From contig CAVZMI010000020.1 in assembly GCA_963776275.1 (NCBI GenBank), forward strand, positions 128,001 to 192,000: 64,000 nt of DNA. Direction: 5' to 3'. The stretch is from Ignavibacteriota bacterium. GTDB taxonomy: Bacteria; Bacteroidota; Ignavibacteria; UBA10030; CAVZMI01. Below the pieces are notes generated by a model. That model had not been told where the DNA came from. It worked only from the letters and a program-made list of their open reading frames with translations, and searched no databases. The position numbers and the translations under genes were made by a program. Positions within the stretch are counted from its first letter, which is position 1. Each line of letters starts with the position of its first letter. Below, in pieces: positions 19,886 to 29,776 of the stretch.

Positions 19886-21286
19886 GTGCCATCGGGAATA
19901 GGTGAAACTTTACGCGGCCTCACAATCGGTGTCGAGGAGGAAGTACCCGTCATCGATGGAAAGAAACGCCGCTATATCAATTTTGATAATGCAGCGAGCA
20001 CGCCGACACTCAGGCCGATCGTAGAAAAGGTCGATGAATTCCTGAAATGGTACAGTAATGTTCACCGGGGGACAGGATTCAAGTCTAAACTCTCATCATG
20101 GGCATTTGAAAAATCGCGCGAAAAAATCGCCGCGTTTGTAAATGGCAATCAGAAAGAGCGAATCGTTCTCTTTGCAAAAAATACAACCGAGGCGATCAAC
20201 CATCTTTCACGTCGACTTCTATTCCGGAAGGATGCGATCGTTCTTACCACCGTCATGGAACACCACTCGAACGAACTTCCATGGCGGAAAGCCGCACAGG
20301 TAATACATATCGGTGTTCTTCCAGACGGCCGTATCGATGAGAACGACTTCCGGCAGAAATTGCAAATGTACCGGGATCGCATCCAGCTAGTTGCCGTCAC
20401 CGGCGCTTCAAATGTTACCGGCTATGTGAATCCTGTTCATTCGTATGCAAAATGGACTCATGCAGTCGGGGCAAAATTCTTTTGCGATGCAGCCCAGCTT
20501 GCGCCTCACCGCCCGATCGATATGAAATTGCCGGAAGATCCCGAATGCATCGATTATCTGGCGTTTTCCGCCCATAAAATGTATGCTCCGTACGGACTCG
20601 GCGTGCTCATCGCTGAACGAAAACCCTTTGAACAGGGTGATCCGGATATCGTCGGGGGCGGCACCGTCGATATCGTGAACCTTGAAAACGCGTACTGGAC
20701 AGATTTACCCGATAAGGAAGAAGCCGGCACGCCCGACATCGTCGGTGCTGTGGCTCTTGCAGCAGCTATCAATTTTCTCAATAATGCGGGATGGAAGGCT
20801 ATCATCGATCATGAATCGGAATTGACCCGCTATACACTGGAGAGATTCAGGGATATACCCCGTATCATCCTCTATGGTGATGCCGATCCTGACCGTACAC
20901 ATGAAAGACTTGGCGTCATATCATTTAATATCGAAAACATTCCACATGCACTAACAGCGGCTATCTTAAATTACGAATGGGCAATCGGAACCCGGAACGG
21001 TTGTTTCTGCGCGCATCCTTATGTAAAAGCCATTATGCATGTAAATGAACAACTCGCGAGGCAGATGGAAGAAGAAATTCATCGTCGCGACAGGTCACAT
21101 CTGCCGGGGACAGTCCGCGTCAGTTTTGGAATCTACAACACCACAGAAGAAATCGATATTCTCTGTGAAGCGCTCCGTGCAATTTCATCAGGGAAATATC
21201 AGACTGGTTACATCCTTAATAAAGAGCGGGGTGAATATTACCGTGAAGATACAGATGAGAGGTTCGATCACTATTTTTCTCTTTAA
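19886..21286 (+). CDS. class V PLP aminotransferase / cysteine desulfurase-like enzyme
   Basis: NFDNAAST, MEHHSN, DAAQ, SAHKMYAP and RNGCFCA motifs. Confidence 0.9.
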   Translation: MPSGIGETLRGLTIGVEEEVPVIDGKKRRYINFDNAASTPTLRPIVEKVDEFLKWYSNVHRGTGFKSKLSSWAFEKSREKIAAFVNGNQKERIVLFAKNTTEAINHLSRRLLFRKDAIVLTTVMEHHSNELPWRKAAQVIHIGVLPDGRIDENDFRQKLQMYRDRIQLVAVTGASNVTGYVNPVHSYAKWTHAVGAKFFCDAAQLAPHRPIDMKLPEDPECIDYLAFSAHKMYAPYGLGVLIAERKPFEQGDPDIVGGGTVDIVNLENAYWTDLPDKEEAGTPDIVGAVALAAAINFLNNAGWKAIIDHESELTRYTLERFRDIPRIILYGDADPDRTHERLGVISFNIENIPHALTAAILNYEWAIGTRNGCFCAHPYVKAIMHVNEQLARQMEEEIHRRDRSHLPGTVRVSFGIYNTTEEIDILCEALRAISSGKYQTGYILNKERGEYYREDTDERFDHYFSL

Positions 21287-21456
21287 ATTACAATGATGAA
21301 AAGGGATGAAAAATCCTTTCCAGAGTCATATAACACTTTTTAATTTTTCCTTTTTCCTTTTTCCTTAAAAAAATGCCTTATAACTGTATCTTATTACTGC
21401 TGTCCAAGACATTCCAGCTTGAATTTATTTTGGAAAAGTACTATATAAGATAAAAG

Positions 21457-21786
21457 ATGAAAATCCAGGACGTTCCTTTTTCCACCGTGGAGTGGGATAA
21501 AATCCCTCCCATCGAGTACAAGGGTGAAACCGGCACCTCGTGGTGCAAAACCATCGAACAGGGAAATATCCGTGTTCGAGTAGTCGAGTACGGGGCGGGA
21601 TACAGGGCCAACCATTGGTGCGACCGCGGTCATGTAGTTTTTATTCTGAATGGAGAAATCGACATAGAGATCGAAAACGGAAAAACATATCACTTATTCC
21701 CAGGAATGAGTTTCCATGTTGCCGATGGTCTCGATATCCACCGGGCGTTTTCAGAGAAAGGTGCAAAGGTTTTTATTATTGATTAA
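21457..21786 (+). CDS. DHCW-motif cupin fold protein
   Basis: GETGTS, RVVEY..GY.ANHWCDRGH motifs. Confidence 0.85.
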   Translation: MKIQDVPFSTVEWDKIPPIEYKGETGTSWCKTIEQGNIRVRVVEYGAGYRANHWCDRGHVVFILNGEIDIEIENGKTYHLFPGMSFHVADGLDIHRAFSEKGAKVFIID

Positions 21787-21908
21787 TCTACCCTTGATTT
21801 TGACACCGGATTTTCTCATTTTAGCTTGTCGATCATTCTACTGCAGTAACATTCTGCAGGAATCAACCGTCGGTTTAATACAGATTTCTTAAGTTTTTAG
21901 GATCCATA

Positions 21909-22928
21909 ATGAAATATTCCGCCCTGATACTCGTCGTGCTGGCGTGCAGCACTGCAAATGCCGGTGAAACGAAAGTGGCAAAATATGCAGGAGAATTTCT
22001 CTCGATCGGTGTCGGCGGCCGGGCTCTTGGAATGGGGAGCGCCGCTGTCGCAATCGCCGGCGACGTGACCGCAGGATATTGGAATCCTGCGGGTCTCAGC
22101 GACATCAAGTATCCGGAAGTCATTTTCATGCATGACGAAGGTTTCGGAAGTCTTATCAGTTACGACTATGGTGCCGCTGCAATCCCTTACGGCCCTTCTT
22201 CGAGTTTCGGATTAAGCGTGATGCGGCTTGGCGTCGACGGCATTCCCGACACGAGGAACGCACTGATCGATGTTAACGGTAATAACAGATTCGATGGTGC
22301 TGATCGAATCGATTATTCCCGTGTGACATATTTTACAACCGCTGATTGGGTTTTTTATGCATCATATGCTAAAAAAGTCTCATCTGAATTTTCATACGGC
22401 GCGAACCTCAAATTCATCCGCCGTTCGCTCGCAGACGCTTCGGCAACCGGTATCGGATTTGATGTTGCCGTTCAGTACATCCCATTCGAGAATGTCCGCC
22501 TGGGAGCAAATGTTCAGGATGTGACAACGACACTGGTTGCATGGAGCACGGGTTTAAACGAATTGATCTCCCCGACAGTTAAGGTCGGAGGAGCATATCT
22601 CATGGAATTATTTGGCGGACAACTTACACCGGAAGTTGATTTTGACCTCCGCTTTGAAAATCGGCGGACAGCATCGACAGCATACGTCGGCCCGGTGAGT
22701 ATCGATGTCCGTGGTGGTATGGAGTATGCCTATAAAAATGTCATTGCCGTACGTATCGGGTATACAGATATAAAACAGTTGACTCTGGGTGCAGGATTAC
22801 GGTTACCGAAATTGGATATCGATTATTCATTTGCAAAATTCGACGGAACCGGTCAGCTCGGGAATACTCATCGAATTTCACTAAAGCTGACAATCGACAG
22901 TGAAAAATACGCTCGGCCGACAGAATGA
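21909..22928 (+). CDS. PorV/PorQ family outer-membrane protein
   Basis: signal peptide; FLSIGVGGRALGMG..YWNPAGL; C-terminal THRISL. Confidence 0.85.
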   Translation: MKYSALILVVLACSTANAGETKVAKYAGEFLSIGVGGRALGMGSAAVAIAGDVTAGYWNPAGLSDIKYPEVIFMHDEGFGSLISYDYGAAAIPYGPSSSFGLSVMRLGVDGIPDTRNALIDVNGNNRFDGADRIDYSRVTYFTTADWVFYASYAKKVSSEFSYGANLKFIRRSLADASATGIGFDVAVQYIPFENVRLGANVQDVTTTLVAWSTGLNELISPTVKVGGAYLMELFGGQLTPEVDFDLRFENRRTASTAYVGPVSIDVRGGMEYAYKNVIAVRIGYTDIKQLTLGAGLRLPKLDIDYSFAKFDGTGQLGNTHRISLKLTIDSEKYARPTE

Positions 22929-23104
22929 AGTCTTTTATCAATTTTTTATCAATCCACTCGCACTGCAATTCGTCGTTCCCGCAGGTAAACGAGAAGCAAA
23001 AATCTGAGATCCGACGGAAAGTTGAAAAATACTTACTCGGCGTAATATCTTCCGATGATTGTAAAGCGAAATTCTTTTTCCTTTTTTTTTACTTTTTAGT
23101 TTTT

Positions 23105-23300
23105 ACCCCTCTGCTCACCCGACCCATAGAACGGGTCGGATTCGCTCGGGGCAAGCTTTTTTCCCCATCGGCTCGTTCAACCCGGTACCCTTCGATCACT
23201 CGACCCCTCGATAAACTCGGGGCAGGCAAGGTCTCGACAGGCTCGACCCAAGGCTCGCGGCAAGCAAGCTCAGGGCAAGTCATCGGGATTCACTCGGTCA
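23105..23300. repeat. cluster of nested REP-like palindromes
   Basis: CCCCTCGATAAACTCGGGG, GGTCTCGACAGGCTCGACC, CAAGCTCAGGGCAAG and CCGACCC...GGGTCGG units, flanked by T-rich heptamer tracts. Confidence 0.7.
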
Positions 23301-23302
23301 AG

Positions 23303-23863
23303 ATGTACTTTTTCCTTTTTACTTTTTACTTTTTCCTTTTGTTTTCCGGATGCGCCTCTCTAAAATACCCTTCCTCATATCCGATGACCCGTGAAATTGT
23401 TCGATCACTTCAAGGCGGAATTACGGTTCAAGTTCCTCAGGGATGGTTTAATTCCACCGATGCAAATGTCTCTCCCGGATTGTTACTATGGTTGGTAAAA
23501 AAAGATTATACAGCGGCGATAACATTAACGGAGCTTCACATTGACGAAATCGGAAGCAAACAGGTCATAATTGATGGTCTTGAAACACTAGCCTCAATCA
23601 GCTTTTCATTGAAGAAAGAACGGGTTCAAGAGGGAATACAATTAATCGGGACGTATGAAATATTTACACTGGGTGGAAAAAAATATTGCGCGTATGAATA
23701 TTCGACCGATCAGGGAAAGACTATAGAAAGGGTGATTGTGTTTGGAGGTGTCGGAAAATGGTTCGAACTATCGGCTGTTCCATTCCAAAAAAGAGGTCGT
23801 TTTATCGATCATGAAAGCCTATTCTCCGTCCAAAATTCTCTTCTTAATTCACTTCGTTTTTAA
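23303..23863 (+). CDS. putative lipoprotein (hypothetical); ORF is open upstream to 22925
   Basis: hydrophobic stretch ending in LFSGC lipobox, then a globular domain; start uncertain. Confidence 0.6.
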   Translation: MYFFLFTFYFFLLFSGCASLKYPSSYPMTREIVRSLQGGITVQVPQGWFNSTDANVSPGLLLWLVKKDYTAAITLTELHIDEIGSKQVIIDGLETLASISFSLKKERVQEGIQLIGTYEIFTLGGKKYCAYEYSTDQGKTIERVIVFGGVGKWFELSAVPFQKRGRFIDHESLFSVQNSLLNSLRF

Positions 23864-24030
23864 GCTGGTAAAGATAGGCTGTTTCTTTTCCCCATCTGGC
23901 TAATATTCGGCACATTTCCTTATCCTAATCCCATAAAATAAATGAAAAAGGCCGGTTCTCAATTTGGCATAGTTTTGGTGTTTTTCACTAAAGTATAATT
24001 ATAGAATTATCACTATTGGGAGATGTCATA

Positions 24031-24273
24031 ATGGCTGTGAAGCAGAATTTTAAGGAATGTAGCGGCTGTGGGAAAGTATGGCGTACAGCAGATACTTTCT
24101 TAAACGACAAATCACTGAAACTCAATGGATATCAGTGGAATTTGCTGCAGGAAAAATCAGGATTATTAGTCTATACGCATGAACGTAGTTACTGTGGAAG
24201 CACGATAAGCGTGAAAGCTCAGAGTTTCTCACATCACTCAGAAAAAGAACTAACCGACGAACGAAAGAATTGA
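24031..24273 (+). CDS. small Cys/His-containing hypothetical protein
   Basis: GGAGA RBS; FKECSGCGKVW...FL...GYQ...H...CGST. Confidence 0.65.
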   Translation: MAVKQNFKECSGCGKVWRTADTFLNDKSLKLNGYQWNLLQEKSGLLVYTHERSYCGSTISVKAQSFSHHSEKELTDERKN

Positions 24274-24332
24274 CGAAACTTCCGTCAGGTGGGATATCCT
24301 TGTGGAGGGGAAACCACGTGATGTCTTCATAG

Positions 24333-24369
24333 AAGCCCGGGTTTGTTTTAAGCAAATCGGGGCTTTTTT
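24333..24369 (+). terminator. intrinsic terminator
   Basis: AAGCCC-GGGTTTG...CAAATCGG-GGCTT stem followed by T-tract. Confidence 0.55.
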
Positions 24370-24691
24370 ATTTGTTATTAAAAATCCTTAGCAATTCAGT
24401 AAATTTTCTAAGAATGACTTGCGTTCAACCGGGACATGTAGAGATGAAGTTAAATTATTGAGAGGAAAGTAGTTAATTCTTTTAGGGGACGACTACTTAA
24501 TGAGAATTTTTCCATTGGATTTTTATAAGGACTATATGAATATACTTCCCACAAATAACAGGCGGCGCGCATATTCCATTTTTTATGTACGGGAGGCACA
24601 CGCCTCATGGAATATACACACCGCCGTATCATGCCTCCAATTTGATATATCCCCCTGATATCAATCGGAGAACAGTGAGATGGCACAGGTT

Positions 24692-24868
24692 TTATTCAGT
24701 CACCGGATAGACATGAATGAAGCTTTCTCCCATCGGAAAAAGCATCGGCTCGAAATTCACATTTGAATTCCTGGCTGCTGAAGTGAGTTCCACGTCGACA
24801 TAATGATCGACTTGCTCCCCAGATGAACTGTAGACTTCAACAATAATTTCTTTTATGGCCTTTTTCAT
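24692..24868 (-). CDS. 58-aa hypothetical protein (below the ORF-track cutoff)
   Basis: GGGAGG RBS 9 nt before ATG; MKKAIKEIIVEVYSSSGEQVDHYVDVELT...VYPVTE. Confidence 0.35.
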   Translation of the reverse strand: MKKAIKEIIVEVYSSSGEQVDHYVDVELTSAARNSNVNFEPMLFPMGESFIHVYPVTE

Positions 24869-25283
24869 TTTAATCTGCCTCCCTTCGAAGCTCTTGGTTT
24901 TACATTTACTCCATTGGGAACATATGCTATGCCAAATATAAAAATGACCAAAATGAGGAGAATTTGAGGTTTCCTTATAAGAGTGCGAATTCGGGAATAG
25001 AAAATTCTACAATATTCTTTGAAATAAATAAAAACCCTAATAAAATCAGCTTTTTTTGGCATGGAATATGGTGTATGACTTTGGAAAGGTTCAGTTCAAG
25101 AAAAAATGAAGATTTTCTTCATAAATGCTATTTAACACTTGCGTTTTACAATTTTGGCATATATCTTTGTATGTACAAAAAGGGAGCAAAAGAGACCATA
25201 TTTGTGCAGAGTGTAAAAGTCGTATAATTACGCCAGAACTCAGTGTAATTCACAATACTTTCACTCTTCGAGGAGGAGTATCT

Positions 25284-25571
25284 ATGGGTAAAGCAATGTC
25301 TAAATCACAGGTTGCAGATCACTTTGCAAAAAAGTTTGAACTTAAGAAAAAAGTTGTTGCAGCATTATTTGCAGAACTTGCAAATCTAGCGTATAAAGAA
25401 GCAAGAAATTCATTCACGATTCCTGGCATCGGTAAACTGGTATTAGTCGACCGGAAAGCACGCATCGGAAGAAATCCGGCAACTGGTGAACAGATTCAGA
25501 TCCCAGCGAAGACTGTAGTGAAATTCCGGGTAGCAAAAGCTTGTAAAGACGCTGTGTTGGCGCAGAAATAA
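25284..25571 (+). CDS. HU family DNA-binding protein
   Basis: GIGKL...RKARIGRNPATGE.I.IPAK motif; GAGGAG RBS. Confidence 0.93.
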   Translation: MGKAMSKSQVADHFAKKFELKKKVVAALFAELANLAYKEARNSFTIPGIGKLVLVDRKARIGRNPATGEQIQIPAKTVVKFRVAKACKDAVLAQK

Positions 25572-25613
25572 ACTACTGCAATTTTTAAAGATTTTTGGTG
25601 GGATATAAACAAC

Positions 25614-25645
25614 AATAGTCCCGTTGTTTTAGCGGGACTATTTCA
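25614..25645. terminator. hairpin terminator between convergent HU and GIY-YIG/tRNA transcripts
   Basis: AATAGTCCCG...CGGGACTATT stem. Confidence 0.6.
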
Positions 25646-25651
25646 TTTTTT

Positions 25652-25736
25652 GTCGGGGCGACAGGATTCCCGCTCCGCCCCGCTCTTATGCCGCATTATC
25701 GGCGGAGCGGGGCGAGCGAACCTGCGACTTCTCGGT
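25652..25736 (-). repeat. duplicated tRNA-Pro 3' half, interrupted by a 48-nt hairpin in the T-loop
   Basis: 25652-25669 and 25718-25732 match tRNA-Pro 26088-26120 exactly; insert at 25670-25717. Confidence 0.85.
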
Positions 25737-25979
25737 ATCTAAGATATTCTTTATTTTCTGTCGACCTGCACTACTTTTATAATATTTTTCACGTTTCAAA
25801 GCATCATCTCTGCTCATGAACTCCTCACTCCAAATCATTTCCCACGGTACATAAGCTTTCGTCGACTTAACTTTGCCACCGTTATGTTCTCCAATTCGCT
25901 TTTGAATGTTTTCAGTCTGGCCAACATATGTCCTTAGATGAGAAGACGAAAATAGTATATAAAGTGTGAAAACTGACAT
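25686..25979 (-). CDS. GIY-YIG nuclease family protein
   Basis: LYIL...YVGQT..I.KR..EHN.G...STK...PW...ALKREK motifs. Confidence 0.9.
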   Translation of the reverse strand: MSVFTLYILFSSSHLRTYVGQTENIQKRIGEHNGGKVKSTKAYVPWEMIWSEEFMSRDDALKREKYYKSSAGRQKIKNILDTEKSQVRSPRSADNAA

Positions 25980-26088
25980 AATAGTCTTTTAGGGGCTTTA
26001 TGGGACGATGATTTTCTAATGGCGGAAGTGAATAATTTCCTTAAAAATTAGACTGTGAGGAGATGTACTTCCATGAGAAGTTTTTTTG

Positions 26089-26163
26089 TCGGGGCGACAG
26101 GATTCGAACCTGCGACTTCTTGGTCCCAAACCAAGCGCTCTAGCCGGGCTGAGCTACGCCCCG
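26089..26163 (-). tRNA. tRNA-Pro(UGG)
   Basis: CGGGGCG acceptor stem, anticodon arm CTTGG-TTTGGGA-CCAAG, GGTTCGAATCC T-arm; CCA not encoded. Confidence 0.97.
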
Positions 26164-26563
26164 AAAAAACCTTGAGATTAAGATAACCGATTAAATGTCG
26201 AAAATCAATTTAGAAATGGAAAACTGGGTGATTATACGATTTGCAGCAAAGATTGAATGTCATTTTCAACCTCTGAAGAACTCAACTCCAACATTCACAA
26301 TAACTTGGCCTGCCTATAATTTTGTCATATTTCCATGACCCTTCGCTCATATATCGGTGATATTTTTCCGATAAAAAAATAATATAAAACGTTGTTCGGA
26401 CCGAATTCGTGATGCCGCCCGGGCTTTAGATCGAAGTAGAAGCAACTAAGGAGCCTCGATGTATGGATTAAAATGATGGAACCGGATTTCTTTTGCCTAG
26501 TCGTTCTTTAACGGGGACTTCGGCCCGGATAGTTTGCCAGATGATATTCTAAATAGTACAGGT

Positions 26564-27742
26564 TTATTGGTTATAAGTAAATTCATAAAGATGTCCAATA
26601 AATTGCAGCACATAGATTCTATTAGTACCATCGCCTCGTCCAGGTCCAACAGTCAAACCGTTTAATGATGTACTTCCATCCGTTGTCATTTGAGAGGATT
26701 TTATCCAAGAGTCATTGACGAAAGTATACTCAGCTAATCTGTCGAAATGTGCAGACCAATAGAGTCGATTTATTCCATCGTTACGCCCTATTCCACCACA
26801 TATTTGATTGATGCCTGGTTCGCTCCCAACCATGACTTTTGTCCATTGATCGTTAGTAAAATAAAATTCATAAAGGTTACCGCCATCGCCTGCAAAAACA
26901 GCTGGCCGGCCATTGTGAGTATTGGTAATTTCCACAACACTCCATGCCACAACATTTTCAGGGAGAGATATTAATTGACCTAAAGATGATTTTTTCCATG
27001 AGCCATTTTCAAAACTTATTTCGGATATTTCTGTAGTAAAATATGAAATATAAATACGATCCTTACCATCTCCACGACCATTACCGACACATATATCTGA
27101 TAAGTTATTATATTCTGTAACGACAAGAGTTTTTACCCAAATTCCGCTCCGAAAGCTAATTTCATATATTCCTCCAGCTCCAGATATATATAATGATTCA
27201 AATCCATCATTCTTTGGGTCTCCGATAACCAGGTAACCTCCACCAAGAGAATAGATATCTTGAATAGTCCATTGATTATTGGCAAAATCAAACTCACATA
27301 CTTTATTTGACGATACTCCATATAAGCGAAGTATTCCATCATTTTTACACCTTCCTATTGCAATCGAATTAAATCCTGAAATACCTTTATCTATCCTTGT
27401 TTTCGTCCAACTGTTATTACTATAACTAAACTCTTGAATGCCAATGCTTCCAAAAGGGTTACCAGCTAAAATATAGAGTCTTGAGATACCATCTCCTCTG
27501 AGACCAGCAATGATGATTTGACCACTCACACGATCCGTTGAAATTTGTCCAATGTCAACAGCGTTCCAATTTTTATCCTTTTCCAGTTCTATTTCCGGTT
27601 CTATCGATTGAGTTTTTGAACAAGAAATCAAAGCAAAGGCGAGTAACAACACGCAAAACCTAAATAGTTTTTCAATAGGAATTTTTCTCGTTGTATCATA
27701 CTGTTTCGATGTATGATTTGTGGATTGAGTAAATTGGATCAT
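26564..27742 (-). CDS. putative lipoprotein with 7-repeat beta-propeller
   Basis: FALISC lipobox; seven Gx(G)RxDGxxRLY...E...W repeats; AT-rich. Confidence 0.7.
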   Translation of the reverse strand: MIQFTQSTNHTSKQYDTTRKIPIEKLFRFCVLLLAFALISCSKTQSIEPEIELEKDKNWNAVDIGQISTDRVSGQIIIAGLRGDGISRLYILAGNPFGSIGIQEFSYSNNSWTKTRIDKGISGFNSIAIGRCKNDGILRLYGVSSNKVCEFDFANNQWTIQDIYSLGGGYLVIGDPKNDGFESLYISGAGGIYEISFRSGIWVKTLVVTEYNNLSDICVGNGRGDGKDRIYISYFTTEISEISFENGSWKKSSLGQLISLPENVVAWSVVEITNTHNGRPAVFAGDGGNLYEFYFTNDQWTKVMVGSEPGINQICGGIGRNDGINRLYWSAHFDRLAEYTFVNDSWIKSSQMTTDGSTSLNGLTVGPGRGDGTNRIYVLQFIGHLYEFTYNQ

Positions 27743-28110
27743 GATCGTTTATCCTCTTATGGTTGAATGCTTTTAGTTTCAAGATACACAACCACTAAAG
27801 GAAAGTTGTCACAACATTGTCAAAAGAATGTCATAAAATATTGGAGGGTTGCAATATCGTTCGTATAACTAAGTCATAAGCAATTCGTGTGTTCTAACAA
27901 TAATTAGACTGATCCGCATAAGATACTTATTTTAGGTTTTGTGTCCGTATAACAAGCCATGGGATTTCTTGCCGAAGGCGTGTTAAATCCTTGGCATTCC
28001 ATCGATCGTAACTGACGGCGACGCCACGATATATTTTTAAATCCAGCCTCTTAAGTCGGATGTTTTCGGAGGAACAATTGAATGTTACATAATCTTAGGC
28101 TAATAATCAA

Positions 28111-28136
28111 ACGGCAGCCCTATTCGGAGCTGCCGC
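28111..28136 (-). terminator. putative terminator hairpin after the T9SS gene
   Basis: CGGCAGC...GCTGCCG stem. Confidence 0.5.
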
Positions 28137-28212
28137 AGAGTGGGACTCGTGATAAGACTCATTTATTTTTTTGCCCAAATGTTTTGATTTGGTCTGAAGA
28201 CATACAGCCCGT

Positions 28213-29477
28213 TCATCTTAGTAAAACAAGTTTTTTCGTTTCAGTGTAATTCCCTGATTTAAGTCGATAGAAATAGACTCCACTCGGCAAATTAGCAGCA
28301 TTGAAGTTTACCTGATACACTCCGGCCGACTTTTGTTCGCTAACAAGTACATCCACTACCTGTCCAAGCACATTATAGACTTTAAGCGTGACGGACGATG
28401 CCTGCGGTAGTTCATAGCGAATGGTTGTACTCGGATTGAACGGGTTGGGATAGCACTGCATCAGATCAAATTTTTCGGGCAAAGATTCGCTTTTTGAAAT
28501 ACGGGTCGGTGCGATTTCACCTTGAAACAAAAAAGGAGGAGTGAAATAAAATATCGCATTTGAAAGATGAACGCATCCGGTTTTAAGATGAACGCCGTTC
28601 GTCGTTGACCCTGTAAAATGAAAACGATCTGCCGCTGAATAAACATCCACGGCGCCGACCGAAAAAACAGTCCTTCCCGTCATATTGAATACCATATCGG
28701 CGGAAGACAAATTGAATAGAACTTCTGTGAAACCCGACGAACGGTAACCGTTAATTCTGATATTCTTCGTGATTGTGGGAGCATCGGTATAATTACCTGC
28801 AGCGATGTTAATCATATCGTCGTCTCCAAGACCCACAATAATGACGTGTGAAATCGATGTCACCGGCCCTTGCCCGGGTAAGCCGGCGTCGGCGATAAAC
28901 CATTATATGCATCAAGGCCGGTAACGATATCGACATACCATGTCATCGGAGGAGGCGCCGTGCCTGCAGGAATACTCGTCTGAAACAAGAAAGGAGGAGC
29001 TATATAAAATATCGCTGTTGAGAGAAGAATTTCCCCTGAGTGCAGATAAATTCCCGTATTGTCTGATCCGGTAAAATAAAAACGGTCTGCAGCTAAAAGC
29101 CCGTAGGCGCTCACATCATCCAGACTAAATGTGGTAACGCCGCTCATATTGAATACCATGCTCGCCGTGGAAACGTTGAAAATTACGTCTGATAATCCGG
29201 TTATTTTATAGCCGTTGACGGTAATATTTTTGGAAATTGTCGGGGAGTCGGAATACGTCCCCGCGGCAATGTTTATGATGTCGCCGTCATTGAGTGCACC
29301 GGTGGCTATGACCTCCGAGATGGTACTTTTGGGGCCATTACCGGGAGGCGAATTTATCGGTGATAAACCGTTGTTCGCGCCCAAGCCACTCGTGATATCG
29401 ACGTACCAGGTTGTTTGAGAAGATAGGGTGCCTGTAAGTCCGATAAGAATAAAAAGTATCATTAATAGCTTTTTCAT
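28213..29477 (-). pseudogene. T9SS type A sorting-domain protein with two tandem ~150-aa modules, frameshifted near 28868
   Basis: signal peptide; module 2 continues across frames (GKG|PVTSIS); C-terminal YPNPFNP...LPSGVYFYRL...KKLVLLR; possible assembly error. Confidence 0.75.
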
Positions 29478-29554
29478 TTTTCAACTCCTTCCGGGTTTAA
29501 TGAAAATTCTACAATATATGAATGTATACACTTATGTGTATAGATGTATCGTTT

Positions 29555-29605
29555 CAGAGCCTTGTGTCGAGCTTGTGGTGAGCTTGTCGAACCATCAATT
29601 GAGAC
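29555..29605. repeat. nested REP-like element
   Basis: GTGTCGAGCTTGTGGTGAGCTTGTCGAACC, same family as the 23.2-kb cluster. Confidence 0.6.
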
Positions 29606-29776
29606 ACTAGCATACCAAAATAGGGTTGAAACAAAGAGATGGATTCTGGTATTATCCTTTCATGGAAGGAATGAAAATGTGCGACCAGAATCAACTTCAC
29701 ATCACTACAACCTATTCCGTCGGTATGATCAAACTTCCTAATCTTTGCATTCCTAAAACAAAGAGTACTTATCCAA

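Noticed and set aside
25652-25736. intron-containing second tRNA
   Set aside because: The 5' half, D-arm and anticodon loop are missing; it is only a 3' fragment.
26400-26530. possible structured ncRNA upstream of tRNA-Pro
   Set aside because: A few short GC stems only; no family recognisable by eye. An Rfam scan would be needed.
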